42,665 nt of DNA from Thermodesulfobacteriota bacterium (GTDB lineage Bacteria > Desulfobacterota_D > UBA1144 > Nemesobacterales > N074bin48): positions 1 through 42,665 of the forward strand of contig JBFFSH010000018.1 of the NCBI GenBank assembly GCA_041572575.1. The letters are read 5' to 3'. The notes beneath the pieces are model-generated. The model did no database searches and was not told where the DNA came from. It saw nothing but the letters and a program-made list of their open reading frames with translations. Shown piece by piece: positions 1 through 7,262 of the stretch (positions are counted from its first letter, which is position 1; every line of letters begins with the position of its first letter). The translations under genes were made by a program, and so were the position numbers.

Positions 1-60
1 AACTTCTGCGTGTCTTAAATATCTTATTATTTGCTCTGGCGTGTAACGCTTCCTGGGCAT
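1..60 (-). CDS. IS3-family transposase OrfA, N-terminal fragment (partial at window edge)
   Basis: Manual translation gives MPRKRYTPEQIIRYLRHAEV, a typical IS3 OrfA HTH N-terminus. RBS AGGAGG lies 8 nt upstream. Not in the ORF track. Confidence 0.88.
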   Translation of the reverse strand, partial: MPRKRYTPEQIIRYLRHAEV

Positions 61-139
61 TTCCCTTGCCTCCTATTCATAGGGTTTATTACCTAAAATT
101 CTAACTTGTAATCTGGTACTATTATAGGGGGGAAGGTCA
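1..139 (-). mobile_element. IS3-family insertion sequence (IS407-like), left end; continues beyond the window
   Basis: Minus strand from 139 reads TGACCTTCCCCCCTATAATAGTACCAG, a 5'-TG IS3/IS407-type terminal inverted repeat. It is followed by AGGAGG (74-69) and an orfA start at 60. Confidence 0.9.
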
Positions 140-924
140 CCTGAAAACCCAATTTGAATATTCTTGTTGGTAAAGGGCTTAACCTTTATTCCGGGAGAAA
201 TATTGAGTACAGATTCGCCATCCTCTTCTCCGTTTAGTGCAACCTCTCCGTCAAATTCCAAAAGCGCCTCAATACTTGGAGTTAGATGATATAGAAGTGA
301 AACGTTATAACCAAACTCATCACTCTCATCTTTACCGTCATCCTGGTTCACAGGAAAACCAAGTGATAGAAATGAGACAAGTTCAAAATCATGATACTTA
401 TAACCCATTGATAAAAACGGCTCTATTTCAATAATATGGTCGCTTCCTATTCCTCTTTCATCGTCGCCTGAGGGTATGCCAAATTCTAACCCTCCACCCA
501 GAAGCAATCCATACTCTTCAAATATATATGTGGCAAATTTAAGCCCCACTTCAATATTATTAAAGTGATCTTCAGTTTCGCCGTCATCAGGATCAACAAA
601 CGTATAAGGCACCCCTACTTCGATGCTGAAGTTTCTTGAAAAAGCATACTCTGCTTCAAGCTGCAAAGAGTGTTCATTAAGCCCTCCGCCTTCCCCATCT
701 TCTTCCTCATCTCCATGTCCTTCACCCTCAATATCTTTAAATATATAGTCAAGCCTTATCTTTGTATCAGGCGATGGTGACTCAGTTATCAATGGATGAG
801 CAAAATGCAGCCCCTGCTTGTGACTCCCTCTGTCATCTGCTAATAGCAAATTTGAGCCAGCAGCAATAAAAACAGCAAATAAAAACAAAGTAAATATAGT
901 TTTTGATTTTAATAAATTAAACAT
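73..924 (-). CDS. Outer-membrane beta-barrel transporter-like protein (MetA-pathway/phenol-degradation-like), His/acid-rich; C-terminus replaced by IS sequence, probably disrupted
   Basis: Signal peptide, HKQGLHFAH, an acidic loop and alternating amphipathic strands. The last 21 aa (DLPPYNST...KPYE) are read from the IS end, and the terminal aromatic strand is missing. Confidence 0.7.
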   Translation of the reverse strand: MFNLLKSKTIFTLFLFAVFIAAGSNLLLADDRGSHKQGLHFAHPLITESPSPDTKIRLDYIFKDIEGEGHGDEEEDGEGGGLNEHSLQLEAEYAFSRNFSIEVGVPYTFVDPDDGETEDHFNNIEVGLKFATYIFEEYGLLLGGGLEFGIPSGDDERGIGSDHIIEIEPFLSMGYKYHDFELVSFLSLGFPVNQDDGKDESDEFGYNVSLLYHLTPSIEALLEFDGEVALNGEEDGESVLNISPGIKVKPFTNKNIQIGFSGDLPPYNSTRLQVRILGNKPYE

Positions 925-928
925 AGTA

Positions 929-1001
929 CTCCTCCCCTTTAATTATTTATGAATTTTATAAAGCAAGAATTTTATATTTCAGGAAAGGACTGTTGGAGGA
1001 G
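929..1001 (-). promoter_or_regulatory. Putative SD/anti-SD mRNA stem coupling the leader ORF to the barrel gene
   Basis: mRNA CUCCUCC (1001-995, in the Ser-Pro-Pro codons) pairs with GGAGGAG (935-929, the RBS). CCUUU (988-984) pairs with AAAGG (940-936). Total 12 bp with a 6-nt bulge. Confidence 0.55.
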
Positions 1002-1386
1002 ATTTATTTCCGAAAGCACCTAATGTATTTTTGATTAATATTAAGTTTTCTGAAGTTCTAAAAAAAGCGGCTTTAAGGTCCGGGTTAATAAAAGTAGATT
1101 TAAATAAAACAAATTTAAGTATTCCTCTGATATTCTTACTACAGCAAAAACATATCTTTTCACAGCATTCTTCATCGTCTGATGATTGGAATGTATTGAG
1201 GATAAGTTCTTTAAGAATGGAATGATTTACCTGCTCATGACAGCCTTCAACAATGGCAGTTGTGTTATCCTGAGTTATTACGGGTATGTAGGACTTACTA
1301 AAACCTGATACAGTAAGAAGAAGTAAAAAAATAATCAGTGTTAGAGAGAAACACTTATATAGCAGTTTTTTTGAACCATACAGCAA
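979..1386 (-). CDS. Secreted Cys-rich leader protein, DUF2946/CruR/CutF-like architecture
   Basis: TTG start, N-terminal hydrophobic signal, CH and CCEKICFCC cluster, C-terminal KSPP. Ends 54 bp upstream of the barrel gene. Confidence 0.6.
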   Translation of the reverse strand: MLYGSKKLLYKCFSLTLIIFLLLLTVSGFSKSYIPVITQDNTTAIVEGCHEQVNHSILKELILNTFQSSDDEECCEKICFCCSKNIRGILKFVLFKSTFINPDLKAAFFRTSENLILIKNTLGAFGNKSPPTVLS

Positions 1387-1461
1387 TTAACAAGCCCCTT
1401 TATATAAAACAATATATAAAATATGACGTTTATAATGGTAAAAAGATTCTAAGATAGAGAA

Positions 1462-2187
1462 TCAATCCTCTAATTTCTTTTCCAGCTCATTTACAAGAGT
1501 GGTTGCAACTAAATAGTTTCTGTACCATTTCTGGTCGGCAGGTATCACATGCCATTTGGCTTTTTTATTAGTCTTACGGATAATTTCATCGTAGTGGTCA
1601 ATATATTCACTCCACTGTTTATTTACCTCAAAATCCTTTGGATTATATTTCCACCTTTTTTCCGGATCGTTTTTTCTTTCCATTAGTCTTTCAAGTTCTT
1701 CTTCCTGTGACACGTGCAAAAAGAATTTAAAAATTATGGTGTTATTTTCTTCGATTAAAAGCTCTTCAAATGTGTTTATAAATTTACACCTTCCGGCAAA
1801 CTGCTTGTCCGAAATCGAGTCATTAATCTTTGGCACTATGAGGTCTTCATAATGTGAGCGGTTAAATATATGGATCATTCCCTTTGGTGGTACATGCTCA
1901 TGAATTCGCCAGAGAAAATCATGAGCAAATTCTTCCGCTGTTGGCACCTTCCATGCTTTTACAAAACATCCCATGGGATTTACTCCTGTAAAAACACTCC
2001 TTATGGTGCTGTCTTTTCCAGCAGCATCAAGTCCCTGCAGGACTATAAGAACAGAGTGCTTTTTGTTTTTGTATAAACTGTGCTGGAAACTCTGAAGTCT
2101 CTTATAAAGGAGTTCAGTCTTATACTCAAGATCATCTCGGTCGGCTTTTTTAGGCGCTCTTGTATTTATATCTTTTAAGTGCGGCAT
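1462..2187 (-). CDS. ppk2: Polyphosphate kinase 2 family (class III-like polyphosphate:nucleotide phosphotransferase)
   Basis: LQGLDAAGKD Walker A, HDFLWR, FNRSHYED, PADQKWYRN. Confidence 0.93.
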   Translation of the reverse strand: MPHLKDINTRAPKKADRDDLEYKTELLYKRLQSFQHSLYKNKKHSVLIVLQGLDAAGKDSTIRSVFTGVNPMGCFVKAWKVPTAEEFAHDFLWRIHEHVPPKGMIHIFNRSHYEDLIVPKINDSISDKQFAGRCKFINTFEELLIEENNTIIFKFFLHVSQEEELERLMERKNDPEKRWKYNPKDFEVNKQWSEYIDHYDEIIRKTNKKAKWHVIPADQKWYRNYLVATTLVNELEKKLED

Positions 2188-2254
2188 TTTTCTATTTTAT
2201 ACATAATTTATTTTATTTGCCAGATAAATCTTTCTGTGTTTAATATAAGAAGTA

Positions 2255-3025
2255 ATGAAATGTCTAATAGTTTCCGATCTTCACTACAGACTTAACCACT
2301 TCGACTGGGTATTAAATGAATCCAAAAATTTTGACCTGTGCATAATCGCGGGTGATATGCTCGATGTAGCTTCTATTGCCAGCCCCAAAGCACAAATAAC
2401 CGTTGTAACGAAATATTTAAGTGCAATAAATGAAAATACGAATTTAATCGTATGCTCGGGTAATCATGATCTTGATGCCAGGAACACAGACGGTGAGAAA
2501 TATTCAAGGTGGGTCTTTAAATCAAACGAACTTGGTATTCCGGCAGATATAAGCAATGTAACTTTAAACGGCTGTATGTTCACAATCCTTCCCTGGTGGG
2601 ACGGCCCCGTTTTACTTAAAGATATAGAAGAAAAAATTGCAAAAGATTCCTCGCTAGATAAAAAGAAATGGGTCTGGATCTATCACACACCTACAGACAA
2701 TTCACAAACAAGCTGGGATGGAAAAAAATTTAACGGCGATGAAAATCTAAATACATGGATTGAAAAATATAGACCAGATATGGTTATATCCGGGCACTGC
2801 CATCTCTCACCTTTCAAAAATGACGGCTCATGGGTAGACCAGTTAAAGTCCACATGGGTTTTCAATCCCGGAATGCAGATAGGCCCATTTCCAACTCATA
2901 TTATTTTAGAAACGGAATTAAATAAGGCAGCATGGTTTTCCCTTGAAGGTGGAGAAGAAATCGACTTGTCCATTGAGTTAACAAGGCCTGTATCCGAACT
3001 TAGACAAATGCCTGACTGGATTTAA
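2255..3025 (+). CDS. Metallophosphoesterase (calcineurin-like, Icc/CpdA-type motifs)
   Basis: SDLH, AGD, SGNHD, YH and SGHCH metal motifs. Confidence 0.88.
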   Translation: MKCLIVSDLHYRLNHFDWVLNESKNFDLCIIAGDMLDVASIASPKAQITVVTKYLSAINENTNLIVCSGNHDLDARNTDGEKYSRWVFKSNELGIPADISNVTLNGCMFTILPWWDGPVLLKDIEEKIAKDSSLDKKKWVWIYHTPTDNSQTSWDGKKFNGDENLNTWIEKYRPDMVISGHCHLSPFKNDGSWVDQLKSTWVFNPGMQIGPFPTHIILETELNKAAWFSLEGGEEIDLSIELTRPVSELRQMPDWI

Positions 3026-3507
3026 TCAGCATCTTTACTCCTTTCTGAACCAAGTTCTATCTGGTAATCGTCCTGATCAGAAACCAGCGCCTGCAACACC
3101 TCATCAACCATTGAAAAATGGTCATCCCTTCCCTCAAACTGATTTTTTAGATCTACTAAATAGGACGTTACCCCATTCAATCTTTGTGCTAGAGTTTTCG
3201 CAAGATGATATGTGATATCCTTATTTGAGTGTAAAAAATCCGATGCATTATCTACTACATAAAATTCTGAATCTTTTGTGCACCTGACTGTAGCCATGTG
3301 TGGATTATCCAATAGTATAGACATTTCCCCGAGCATTGATCCGGGTTCAGATATTTTGTTAATCTGAAAATCACTCCGTAAAATTTCACACTCTCCGTGT
3401 TTAATTATATAAAACTTATCTGATTTGCTGCCTTGGGAAAGTAATATCTCTCCCTCATTCTTTGTAACTGTTTGTAAATCTTTACAGTATTGTAGTATTG
3501 ATAACAT
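3022..3507 (-). CDS. Stand-alone cyclic nucleotide-binding (Crp N-terminal) domain protein without HTH
   Basis: GEILLSQG, YIIKHGECEI, GEMSIL..PHMATV and a C-helix LAQRL. Confidence 0.88.
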   Translation of the reverse strand: MLSILQYCKDLQTVTKNEGEILLSQGSKSDKFYIIKHGECEILRSDFQINKISEPGSMLGEMSILLDNPHMATVRCTKDSEFYVVDNASDFLHSNKDITYHLAKTLAQRLNGVTSYLVDLKNQFEGRDDHFSMVDEVLQALVSDQDDYQIELGSERSKDAD

Positions 3508-3638
3508 ATTTACTTTTTTATTTTCCTTTTGCAGATACTACACAATTTATTAATTTTATAAACATAAATTCTAACAAATGTATTATTTAAACTTATATTT
3601 TAACCTGTGAACATTTTAATTATATTATTTACTAAAAA

Positions 3639-5645
3639 ATGATTGCAATAAAAAACTTAAGCCTTTCTTTTGGCTCCTATAAAATTTTAAACGGGCTAAA
3701 CTGGCACATAAAAGACTGCAAGAAAATTGGTCTTGTAGGGCCCAATGGTGCAGGCAAAACAACACTTTTAGAACTTATCACGGGCTCCCTAACAGCAGAT
3801 GAGGGCAGTGTATCACTCCCATCTAGTTCGGTTATTGGTTACCTGCCTCAGCAATTTGCTCTTAATAATGCTCAAACCTCACTACTTGAAGAGACTCTCA
3901 CTGTATTTAAAGATATTAAACAGCTTGAGCAGGATAATGAGCAACTATTACATGATCTTTCTAAATATAAAGACGAAACAACTCCAGAATACAAACTGCT
4001 TCTTAAAAAAATCGATTCTATACAAAATGAGTTAAAGATCCAAAATTCTGAAACCGTAAATAAAAGAGCAGAGAAGATGCTTATGGGGCTTGGCTTCACA
4101 GTTAATGATTTAAGCAGCCCTCTTTCTACATTTTCTGGTGGTTGGAGAATGAGAGTGGAGCTTGCAAAGCTTCTTTTACAAAATCCTGAATTCTTATTTT
4201 TGGATGAGCCTACAAATCACCTTGATATTGAGAGTATCAAATGGCTCGAAGACTACCTTAAATCATTTGAAGGGAGTGTGATTGTAGTCTCTCATGACAA
4301 ATATTTCCTGGACAGAATGACTGAAATCACAGCAGAGCTCTCAGGCGGAAAAATCACGGAGTATCAGGGCAACTATAGTAAATATCTTGAACTCAGAATG
4401 AGAAATGTGGAAATACAAAAGTCAGCATATGAAAATCAGCAAAGACAGATAAAACAGTATGAGAGGTTCATTGAAAGGTTCAGATATAAAAACACCAAGG
4501 CAAAGCAGGTGCAAAGCAGAATAAAGATGCTTGATAAGCTTGAAAGAATCGAAGAAACAGGCACAGACAAATCTGTAAATTTTAGATTTAACAATACCAA
4601 GCGCTCAGGGAAAAATGTTTTAGAGATATCTGCATTTTCAAAATCTTATGGCAGCAATGAAGTGTTTAAAGATTGTGATCCTCTCACAATTCTAAGAGGG
4701 GATAAAATTGCTCTTATTGGTAAAAACGGAATTGGTAAAAGTACCCTAGTTAGAATAATTAACGGTACCGAAAAGTTTGATGGGCAGAGAAAAACAGGTT
4801 ACGAAGTAGAGCTAACTTACTTTGCCCAAAATCAGGCAAAGACTCTTAAGCCCGAATACAATATATTTGAAGAACTTGCTCATTCTTCAGATTCAAAGGT
4901 AAGTAATGAAACTGATATTAGAACAATACTGGGTAATTTCTTGTTCTCTGGTGACGATGTATTTAAAAAGATCAAGGTTCTTTCCGGCGGAGAAAAAAGC
5001 AGAGTTGCCCTTGCAAAGACCCTGCTTAGTCCTAAAAACTTCTTAATTTTAGATGAGCCTACAAACCACCTTGATATACAGTCAAGAAATGTTCTTATAG
5101 AAGCACTACAAAGCTATGACGGCACTTTTATTGTAGTTAGTCACGATCGTCACTTTATAGATACAATATGTAATAAGGTTTGGTACATAGAAAATGGCAA
5201 GGTATACGAATACCCGGGCAACTATTCAGAGTTCCAATATCATATTGACCATAAAAGTCCGGCAAATGAACATAATCAGAAAAGTTCGGGATCAGATGAG
5301 CAGATAGATACTGAAGTCTATAAATCAGATAAATCAAAAAAAAGACTGGACGCAGAAAAAAGAAATAATGCATTTAAAGAACTAAAAGAAAAAGGCATAA
5401 TAAACTTTAACAGCTGGGACCTGCTTACAGAAAATCAGCTAAAAAACGTAATTAAAGAGTTAGAAACAGAAATAGAACAAAAAGAAAGCCGCAAGAAGGA
5501 ACTTGAAAAACTTTTAGAAAAAGAAGAAACATTTAAAGACCTGGAGTATTCGAATAAAATTACAATAGAACTTGGAAACCTGGATAAAGAGATTGAGATT
5601 TCATATAATAAGTGGTCAGATATTTCAAAATCGCAGGAAATATAA
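3639..5645 (+). CDS. ABC-F family ribosome-associated ATPase
   Basis: Two NBDs (GPNGAGKT/FSGGWRMR/LDEPTNHLD and GKNGIGKST/LSGGEK/LDEPTNHLD), no TM segments, coiled-coil C-terminal domain. Confidence 0.95.
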   Translation: MIAIKNLSLSFGSYKILNGLNWHIKDCKKIGLVGPNGAGKTTLLELITGSLTADEGSVSLPSSSVIGYLPQQFALNNAQTSLLEETLTVFKDIKQLEQDNEQLLHDLSKYKDETTPEYKLLLKKIDSIQNELKIQNSETVNKRAEKMLMGLGFTVNDLSSPLSTFSGGWRMRVELAKLLLQNPEFLFLDEPTNHLDIESIKWLEDYLKSFEGSVIVVSHDKYFLDRMTEITAELSGGKITEYQGNYSKYLELRMRNVEIQKSAYENQQRQIKQYERFIERFRYKNTKAKQVQSRIKMLDKLERIEETGTDKSVNFRFNNTKRSGKNVLEISAFSKSYGSNEVFKDCDPLTILRGDKIALIGKNGIGKSTLVRIINGTEKFDGQRKTGYEVELTYFAQNQAKTLKPEYNIFEELAHSSDSKVSNETDIRTILGNFLFSGDDVFKKIKVLSGGEKSRVALAKTLLSPKNFLILDEPTNHLDIQSRNVLIEALQSYDGTFIVVSHDRHFIDTICNKVWYIENGKVYEYPGNYSEFQYHIDHKSPANEHNQKSSGSDEQIDTEVYKSDKSKKRLDAEKRNNAFKELKEKGIINFNSWDLLTENQLKNVIKELETEIEQKESRKKELEKLLEKEETFKDLEYSNKITIELGNLDKEIEISYNKWSDISKSQEI

Positions 5646-5661
5646 ATAATAGGAGATTGAA

Positions 5662-6027
5662 ATGATTTCATATGAAACTTATAAAGTGCTTCATGTAGCA
5701 GCCGTATTTTTTCTTTTATTCTCACTGTCGACATATCTGATAGTAATTAACTCCAATATAGAGAAATTTAAAAAACTTGCGGGTATCATGCATGGAATTT
5801 CCATGTTCATAGTTTTACTTGGAGGATTTGGTCTTCTGGCAAGACTGGGAATAATTCATGGCATGGACTGGCCCCCTTGGGTTTGGGGAAAACTTGTTAT
5901 TTGGGTAATAATGGGAGGCATGACATTTTTTATAAAGAAGCTGCAGCCACAAGCAGCTATCCTCTGGTTTACAGTACCGATTTTAGCAATAATTGCAGTG
6001 TATTTCGCGGTGTATAAACCCATGTAG
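5662..6027 (+). CDS. Small 4-TM membrane protein (SirB2/CopD/HemJ-like clan)
   Basis: YKVLH, HG and WVWGKL motifs, four hydrophobic helices, AGGAG RBS. Confidence 0.7.
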   Translation: MISYETYKVLHVAAVFFLLFSLSTYLIVINSNIEKFKKLAGIMHGISMFIVLLGGFGLLARLGIIHGMDWPPWVWGKLVIWVIMGGMTFFIKKLQPQAAILWFTVPILAIIAVYFAVYKPM

Positions 6028-6055
6028 TACCATAGTCTGATTTTATTTTTCCCGA

Positions 6056-6084
6056 TTGACAATACTTTGGGATTGTACTAGAAT
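6056..6084 (+). promoter_or_regulatory. sigma70 promoter for the riboswitch leader
   Basis: TTGACA (6056-6061), 17-bp spacer, TAGAAT (6079-6084). Predicted TSS near 6091. Confidence 0.75.
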
Positions 6085-6104
6085 CAAACTTAAGAATAAA
6101 TAGT

Positions 6105-6215
6105 CCTAAACCGAAATGGCAAACCGTTTGAAAGGACGGGACGCAAAGCCTTGAGCCTACCGGTTATTAGTAGAGATTAATATTAATAACCTATGGTAGT
6201 CAGGTTGCCGAAGTG
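6105..6215 (+). ncRNA. Cyclic di-GMP-I (GEMM-I) riboswitch
   Basis: GGCAAA-CCGTTT-GAAA-GGACGG-GACGCAAAGCC...CCTAC...TATGGTAG...GGTTGCCGAA matches GEMM-I: P2 with GAAA tetraloop and P3 with a receptor-like CCUAC/UAUGG. The distal P3 stem is 11 bp (6162-6172/6181-6191). Confidence 0.95.
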
Positions 6216-6299
6216 AGTAGTTTATTCTAAAACCTTCCTTCACATATCCTTTTAGGCAATTGCTGTTTTAGTTTATGTCTAATAATTTGGGGTGATCTT

Positions 6300-6899
6300 A
6301 TGACATTTATACAAAGAATTGCAAGGAAGAGCCTGGACACTCTGGATAATGTGAGAACTAGTGCCACAACCTCCAGAAGATCAAGAAATTCTGAAAGTGA
6401 TCAACAAGAATACGATATGGAGCTGGATGTATGCTGTAATGGTCATACATTTAAATTTTTAAATTCTCAAACTGATTCAGAAAATAATTATACGAAAACT
6501 TCTTTTATAGTCGAAGGTTACATATACAAAGCCGGAACTTTTGAAAACTTTGGTTATGACAAGGGAGTAAAAACAAATGGCGACCCCGAGTTTGAAAATC
6601 TTTTGATTGGAAAATGGACGAATAAAGGTTGGTATTTAAATAAAGGAAGACAGACAAAAACTGGACCTTATGTGGATAGTACACATACCTATGATCTTAC
6701 TGAAGGCAATTCTCTTAAAAAAATATTAAGCAGTAACGGAAAAGAACTTATAGACATGAACACCCCTTTTAACCGCATCCTGTCTGCCGGACAGGGTGGT
6801 TATTCACGCATTAGGGGGGGTAATGTAATTCAGATTAATGTCGGGAAAAATGACACATTAAATTTTAATTACACATTCAGGTTTAATTTCCGCAATTAA
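6300..6899 (+). CDS. Uncharacterised beta-barrel protein, allene oxide cyclase/dirigent-like; riboswitch-controlled
   Basis: Beta-rich core. FNRILSAGQGGYSRIRG resembles the dirigent/AOC motif RAIxGGTGxYxxARG. GGGGTGA RBS. Confidence 0.6.
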   Translation: MTFIQRIARKSLDTLDNVRTSATTSRRSRNSESDQQEYDMELDVCCNGHTFKFLNSQTDSENNYTKTSFIVEGYIYKAGTFENFGYDKGVKTNGDPEFENLLIGKWTNKGWYLNKGRQTKTGPYVDSTHTYDLTEGNSLKKILSSNGKELIDMNTPFNRILSAGQGGYSRIRGGNVIQINVGKNDTLNFNYTFRFNFRN

Positions 6900-6902
6900 C
6901 AA

Positions 6903-6920
6903 AAGGATATATTAATCCTT
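6903..6920 (-). terminator. Short hairpin between convergent genes, possible terminator of htpX-hspQ
   Basis: AAGGAT/ATCCTT stem followed by TTGTT on the minus strand; weak. Confidence 0.3.
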
Positions 6921-6926
6921 AGCTTA

Positions 6927-7256
6927 CTAGTTAAACCCTTTATTTGTAATATAGGTACCGTCTTTAAATCCTGAGAAGAATGCTCCTACGGCTGGGTGTT
7001 CTATTGGCTTACCAGATTTATCATTTTCTATATTCCTTTCAGCAACATAAGTCTTATGTGCAGACCCATCTGGCAGAATATGATACCAGGGTTTCTCTTT
7101 TGGAGGTCTTGACTGTGCTACTGCTTCATACCATTCTTCTGATCCTTCAAATTTAGAGTCAACATCAACAATAACTCCCCTGTAATCAAAGAGCTTATGC
7201 TGTATTACCTGGCCTATATAAAATTTACCTTCTATTGTTTTATCAATTTCATTCAT
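6927..7256 (-). CDS. hspQ: Heat shock protein HspQ (YccV)
   Basis: KFYIGQVIQHKLFDYRGVIVDVD, PWYH, TYVAERN. Confidence 0.93.
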   Translation of the reverse strand: MNEIDKTIEGKFYIGQVIQHKLFDYRGVIVDVDSKFEGSEEWYEAVAQSRPPKEKPWYHILPDGSAHKTYVAERNIENDKSGKPIEHPAVGAFFSGFKDGTYITNKGFN

Positions 7257-7262
7257 AATTTA

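Noticed and set aside
951..976. Direct repeat GAATTTTATA x2
   Set aside because: Two copies of low-complexity AT-rich sequence; not an array and likely chance.
6105..6215. cGAMP (GEMM-Ib) riboswitch assignment
   Set aside because: The discriminator position is G, not A.
6300..6420. Tat signal from SRRSR in the riboswitch-controlled protein
   Set aside because: No hydrophobic h-region follows, so it is at most a degenerate remnant.
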